Under the pieces are notes generated by a model, which saw only the letters and a program-made list of their open reading frames with translations, was not told the DNA's origin and did no database searches. A stretch of 42,256 nucleotides of DNA from Sphaeroforma arctica JP610. Taxonomy: Eukaryota. The translations under genes and the position numbers were made by a program. Position 1 is the first letter of the stretch. Each line of letters opens with the position of its first letter. This document shows, one piece after another, positions 37,300 to 42,256 of the stretch. The stretch is from assembly GCF_001186125.1 (NCBI RefSeq), contig NW_014040039.1:1-42256 (forward strand). The letters run 5' to 3'.

Positions 37300-37760
37300 A
37301 CTCGATTCAAAGTGAGATTCGAGAAATTTGTTTAAAAAACAAAAACAAAGTTTTTCTGCTGCTGAGTACATATCACAAGAGAAAAACCGCTGCGGGTCCA
37401 ACCTCAAAACTTCAAATTAAGAGTTGGGATTGGTTCAACTCAGTTTCAAGTGGTTAACTTTACCGGTATTCACACAACTAGGAACTGGCCAAATTTAAAT
37501 ATCCCCTTCACACATTAATATTTATTTTCAGAAGGTCTGCTATCGGCAATTCGGCATCATCTTTCCAGTTTCTGGCGATTCTCCATATTTTAAAGTCCCC
37601 GGCCGACAGCAGTGAACACTGAACAACACTGAACTCACTTATGGGCATATACAACTGCATCAGACTACCAGCAAACTCAGATACATTTCTAATTATAGCC
37701 TTTTTGAAAAAATACAACATATCATATGTTCTAATATTTGAAGTTATGTGCCGCGATAGC

Positions 37761-38731
37761 TTATAAATTGGTCAAAAAATATATCATAGCACCTTGCAGC
37801 GCAGATATCACCAGTACAAAGGTATTACTCGCTTTGGCGTTGGTGTGCGTGTGCATAGAATCAGGAACGGCTGGGTTAAGCACGTGACGTAGCGTTCGGA
37901 GCTGTAATAAAATGAGCAAGCGATTTTAAACATTAATAATTTCAACGGTTAGAAGGACACTAGAACTATAGGCTAGAAGCAACAAAGAGATCATACACGC
38001 ATAGCATAGCAAATATTACATTTGAGACTGAAATGAATATGTTATCAGACACATAACTTTTCATACACGCACGCACCACACTCGCACAACCATACATATC
38101 CACAGATAGATCTTGCATGCCACTAGAGTCTTAGCCGCAGTGAAGCTAACCTTCACCAAAGTTTGCAGACCGTTCGCACGCTTATTGCATGGCTCGAGTA
38201 TTACATGTGTCACGAACGCGACACCATTATATGAGAAAAAGTTGACTTACCCAAAATACAACCACAGCTAACCCTGCATAACCCATGACGCAGTAGTAGG
38301 GGGTAATACCGCCGACCATAAACGCCGCCAGAGCCATGATCATGCTGCAATTGTGAAAAAGGATACATTATTATCACGAGGTAAAGCTGATGATATAAAA
38401 TGTGATCCCACGGTGTGAATATATGTTTTTTTAATGCTGTGTTGAGAAACTAACAGAAAGAGAATGGCAGGGTGCCGCATGGTCAATATGCGTACATCTA
38501 CATCTACATAAAAATAGTACTATACACACACACACACGCAAAATACGCATACACATACACAGACATATATACAGATATAAAAATAGATGCTCATACATAC
38601 ATAAGCACAGATATATATATATATATATATATGTATACTCATGTACACACACAATTGCACACACATACATTTATATATATACATACATACACATATACAT
38701 ATGAATCCATACATACAAACGTACATTTACG

Positions 38732-38769
<38 letters not shown>

Positions 38770-41275
38770 CGTACACATACATATAAATACATACATACAT
38801 ACGTACATTTCACACATATATATATATATACATATTTAAGAATAAGTGTATGAACATATATATATAATTGTATCATTGGTATGTATATGTATATGAATAC
38901 ACACACACATATATATATACATACATATACATGTGCACACCCACGCACACGCACATGATATAATATATGTATATATTTATACAGACACACACACATGCAC
39001 ACATGCACACAGGAACAAATATATATATATACATAAATATAAATATATATATATATAAATATATATAGATATAGATATAGATAGATAGATATATATATAT
39101 ACTTTAATAAAATGATATAATCGCACGTAAGGGTGATACACATCGAATTGTAACCAATCGACGCATCATGAGCCAGAACATACGCTGTGTATTTGTATCC
39201 GCAGTAAGATACAATATCTAACCAGCTGTAGTTTGCTGTTACGCTGAGAAGGTAGAAACCACCAAAGACCACAAGAACTTCGAGTATGAGCCACACCAGC
39301 ATCGAACTAGCCACAATTCCCAATTTTTCGGGTTCAAATCTGCAAGTCGAAGTAAGGTTCTGATAAGCACGAGTTGGCCCAGTCGGTTGGAGCAGCGCAC
39401 GTTGTCACTTACAGGGAAAAGATCATCGTAAATCATCTTAAAACGCTTGAATTGTGTAAATATTACAATAGCAACGGGTCATCGATACATTTTTATCAAA
39501 GTGGACGAGACTGTAGCACCCGAGTTTTGTATAGAACGAGAGCAAATGAGTTGCAACCCGTGCAACACTTACGTTCCCTGATGTCCGTAGTAGATCCCCG
39601 TGAGTACGACAAATGTGACGTACGACATCGCTAGCCGTGCGAGGTGAGAAGAAGCGATGAATTATTTAGCAGATGGCATCGTTTGAGCGGACTGAGTGCG
39701 CTCACGCACAGCAAAGTGAGTGATATGTCGTAAAACATATCAGCGCATTGAACAAGGTTGTTGTGGAAGTTCTCACAGCTTGAGCTATATACTGATACGT
39801 ACACAAATAATTACTTGACATATAATGAAATACACAAGTACACTAGCACATTTGCATCAACATGTATATAGACCTACGAGCTCAGAAATTGATTGCAACT
39901 GTACGCGTGCCAATTGGGTGTCGCAAGTTCACCTCGCGATATACAAAACAAACACCATGATATGAGATAAAACGAACTTATACACTGAAAGCGAGTTCGA
40001 GTACAGCATGACTCAAAACCCTAGAACAAAGTGAAGCAATAGACGAAGGATGTTGAAATCTTACTCGTAGATTCATATTTACGTGCGCATACACATAAAT
40101 TTTTACGATCCATTCAAGTGACATACAAAATCCTGAAACCAACTCATGCCGAACAGCGTATCACTACAGGAACAATTGCATGCACAGATGCTGCATTGAT
40201 ATGCCTAATCGCTAGAGAACAATGGGGTTGCGAGACCCACGCTTTCACCTGGTATGTATAGATCCGGTGCATTGATATCATCCCTTGGGTTCAGGAACTG
40301 GCCTTCATGCGACAGCCGCCTTGACCAGTCCTATACAAGTCGTGCCAGCGGAGAATTGATTAGGAAACACAGTGTCATAGGAGTTATAATGTTCAACAAG
40401 TGGTGGTTGCATGGATAGCAAAACAGCGACCACATCACAGCTGAATATATCTGAAAAGAGATAGTATCCGTATGTACTATTGCCAAATGAGAAACAAGCA
40501 TACTTCATATAATACGATGGAAAGCTTCTGACAGGGCGGTTGCCTTGAGTGGGTGATGGGTTGGAGCACAGCTATCCCCCAGAGATATTTTGATGCAAGC
40601 AAGCAAACCATAGCTAATAAATATAGCACTTACTTTGTGCAACCAGGGAAATACGATAAGCTTCATTTTGTTCAAGACGTACGCATTACTGACTTGAAAG
40701 TAGAACCGCAGCTTAGTTACGTTCCTTTCAACCTGGCAGCATAAATTTGAGAATAAGTAAATTAATGAAATTCAAGGGGTAACGCAGGGTTCCGCTAAAA
40801 GTCCATGGAATATGTGGTACACACAGACGCACACTTAGAGCAAGATATACACAGCACGAAAGCTTGCTCCTATTAACAACCCGTGCACATCTACATACAT
40901 CAGCCTTTTTCGCGTCCCAATCGGTAACATTGGCCGCCATAGAGCTAAACATAGGGTTGTGGACAAGCGATGCCATTTGTTCAAACCCAGGGCCATTGAG
41001 CGACTCAGATCCTGCCGGCGCGTGTGCTTGCTGCTGCTGAGTGTGTGGGCGTATCTGTTGGGGTAGTGGCTGGAAATGGGGTGGTTGCATATGTGCCGGG
41101 GAAAGCGACGACGGTCTCTGTGCCTGGGCTGGATTCGGGGGTTGGCCGAAATTGCCACCCATGCCTCCGCTAGTACCAAACCCGCCCCCGTTGTGGTTTT
41201 GGCCGTACATGCCTCCGTTTACATTGCCGTACATGTCGTTCCCAACTCCTCCACCAAATCCCCCAGCGCCGGTAC
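37761..41275 (-). CDS. YIF1: YIF1 (Yip1-interacting factor, ER-Golgi membrane protein); the first exon probably lies beyond the window
   Basis: Phase-compatible exons 41275-40899, 40732-40634, 40330-40249, 39630-39573, 39339-39184, 38344-38251 and 37901-37761 (TAA). Motifs: LRFYFQVSNAYVLNKMKLIVFPWLHKDW, PRDDINAPDLYIPAMSYVTFVVL, FEPEKLG, WLDIVSYCGYKY, FWLRTLR. Confidence 0.93.
38500..39110. repeat. (TA)n/(CA)n microsatellite-rich YIF1 intron
   Basis: Dense dinucleotide tracts between exons 39184 and 38344. Confidence 0.9.
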
Positions 41276-41489
41276 CTACAAGGTACAGTCATGAAAACAC
41301 CATAGCTCTCATTTAATTAGGACATACATGCGCAGAGAAAAAAGCATAGATATTCACTACACCGACTTTCGCTATTTACGTATTCAATGTACAAAAAAAT
41401 ATATCCCAAAACTCACATACAGAGAAGCATTCATACACACTACATCCATAGCTTGCATTATTCCAACTGGCATAGGTCGATTTAGATTT

Positions 41490-41505
41490 GCATCTATATA
41501 CTATG

Positions 41506-41541
<36 letters not shown>

Positions 41542-42001
41542 ATATATATATATATATATATTTATACTTTTTATGTATGTACGTATATATACACACATAT
41601 ATACAAAATTTGGTATATATACACACATATATACAAAATTTGGTATATATATACGTATGAATATTTATATGTACAGGTATATGTGTAAATTCATGCATAT
41701 ATATGTACATGCATATACATGCATATACACACAAAACTATATAAATACATACCTAAATATATAAATATATATACAAAAATCTAAATGTATATATAGACAA
41801 GCAAATACGAAATGTTTAAGTAGACACACACACACACACACACAGCTATATACATATATAGGTATACATAAATAAACACATATATCTATGCATAAGTATA
41901 CACACAGGGTTTTTAGGGTTTTAGACACACACACACATATATATATAAATAAATATATACATTCATACCCGCATACGTACATATGCATACAACACACACG
42001 C

Positions 42002-42032
<31 letters not shown>

Positions 42033-42136
42033 TATATAAACATATACTTAACATACGCACACACACATATATATATACATACATATATGTTCATACATAC
42101 ATATAGACACACACACACACACACAGACACGCATGT

Positions 42137-42169
<33 letters not shown>

Positions 42170-42256
42170 CATACACCAACACACACATGCACACATCATA
42201 TACATTAATATATATATATATATATATACTAACAAAAACTTACCACATACACACAC
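41490..42256. repeat. (TA)n/(CA)n microsatellite-rich YIF1 intron, including a 30-bp tandem duplication near 41585-41650
   Basis: Dinucleotide tracts, with tatatatacacacatatatacaaaatttgg present twice. Confidence 0.9.

Noticed and set aside
41906..41925. TTTAGGG-like telomeric motif (also at about 35176-35186 on the other strand)
   Set aside because: Only one or two imperfect units, which is compatible with chance.

Overview
Eukaryotic, intron-rich genomic DNA with GT-AG introns, (TA)n/(CA)n-saturated introns and two assembly gaps. The ARID4-type chromatin gene and intron style suggest a unicellular holozoan such as an ichthyosporean; this is inference only. From left to right: (1) a 7-exon divergent protein kinase gene (+, 794-5927); (2) a 2-exon low-complexity orphan ORF (+, 6822-8749); (3) an island of decayed LTR retrotransposons (about 12-26 kb) with a perfect 48-bp palindrome next to a 300-bp fold-back; (4) an ARID4/RBBP1-like gene (-, 36218-27416) with Tudor, RBB1NT/PWWP-like, chromobarrel and C-terminal coiled-coil regions but no visible ARID domain, plus a 35x heptapeptide repeat; (5) a small fold-back element; (6) YIF1 (-, 5' end outside the window). 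The standout observation is a Ty3/Gypsy-type pol relic in which a DIRS/phage-Dam-like amino-methyltransferase domain with an intact NPPW motif sits between a Gypsy RNase H and a DDE integrase with GPY/F motif and a possible chromodomain. A second, strongly diverged copy 5 kb upstream keeps the same MTase tail-linker-integrase order, which argues for a real element family. All gene models were built by hand from splice-site phase matching and motif recognition; no database searches were run.
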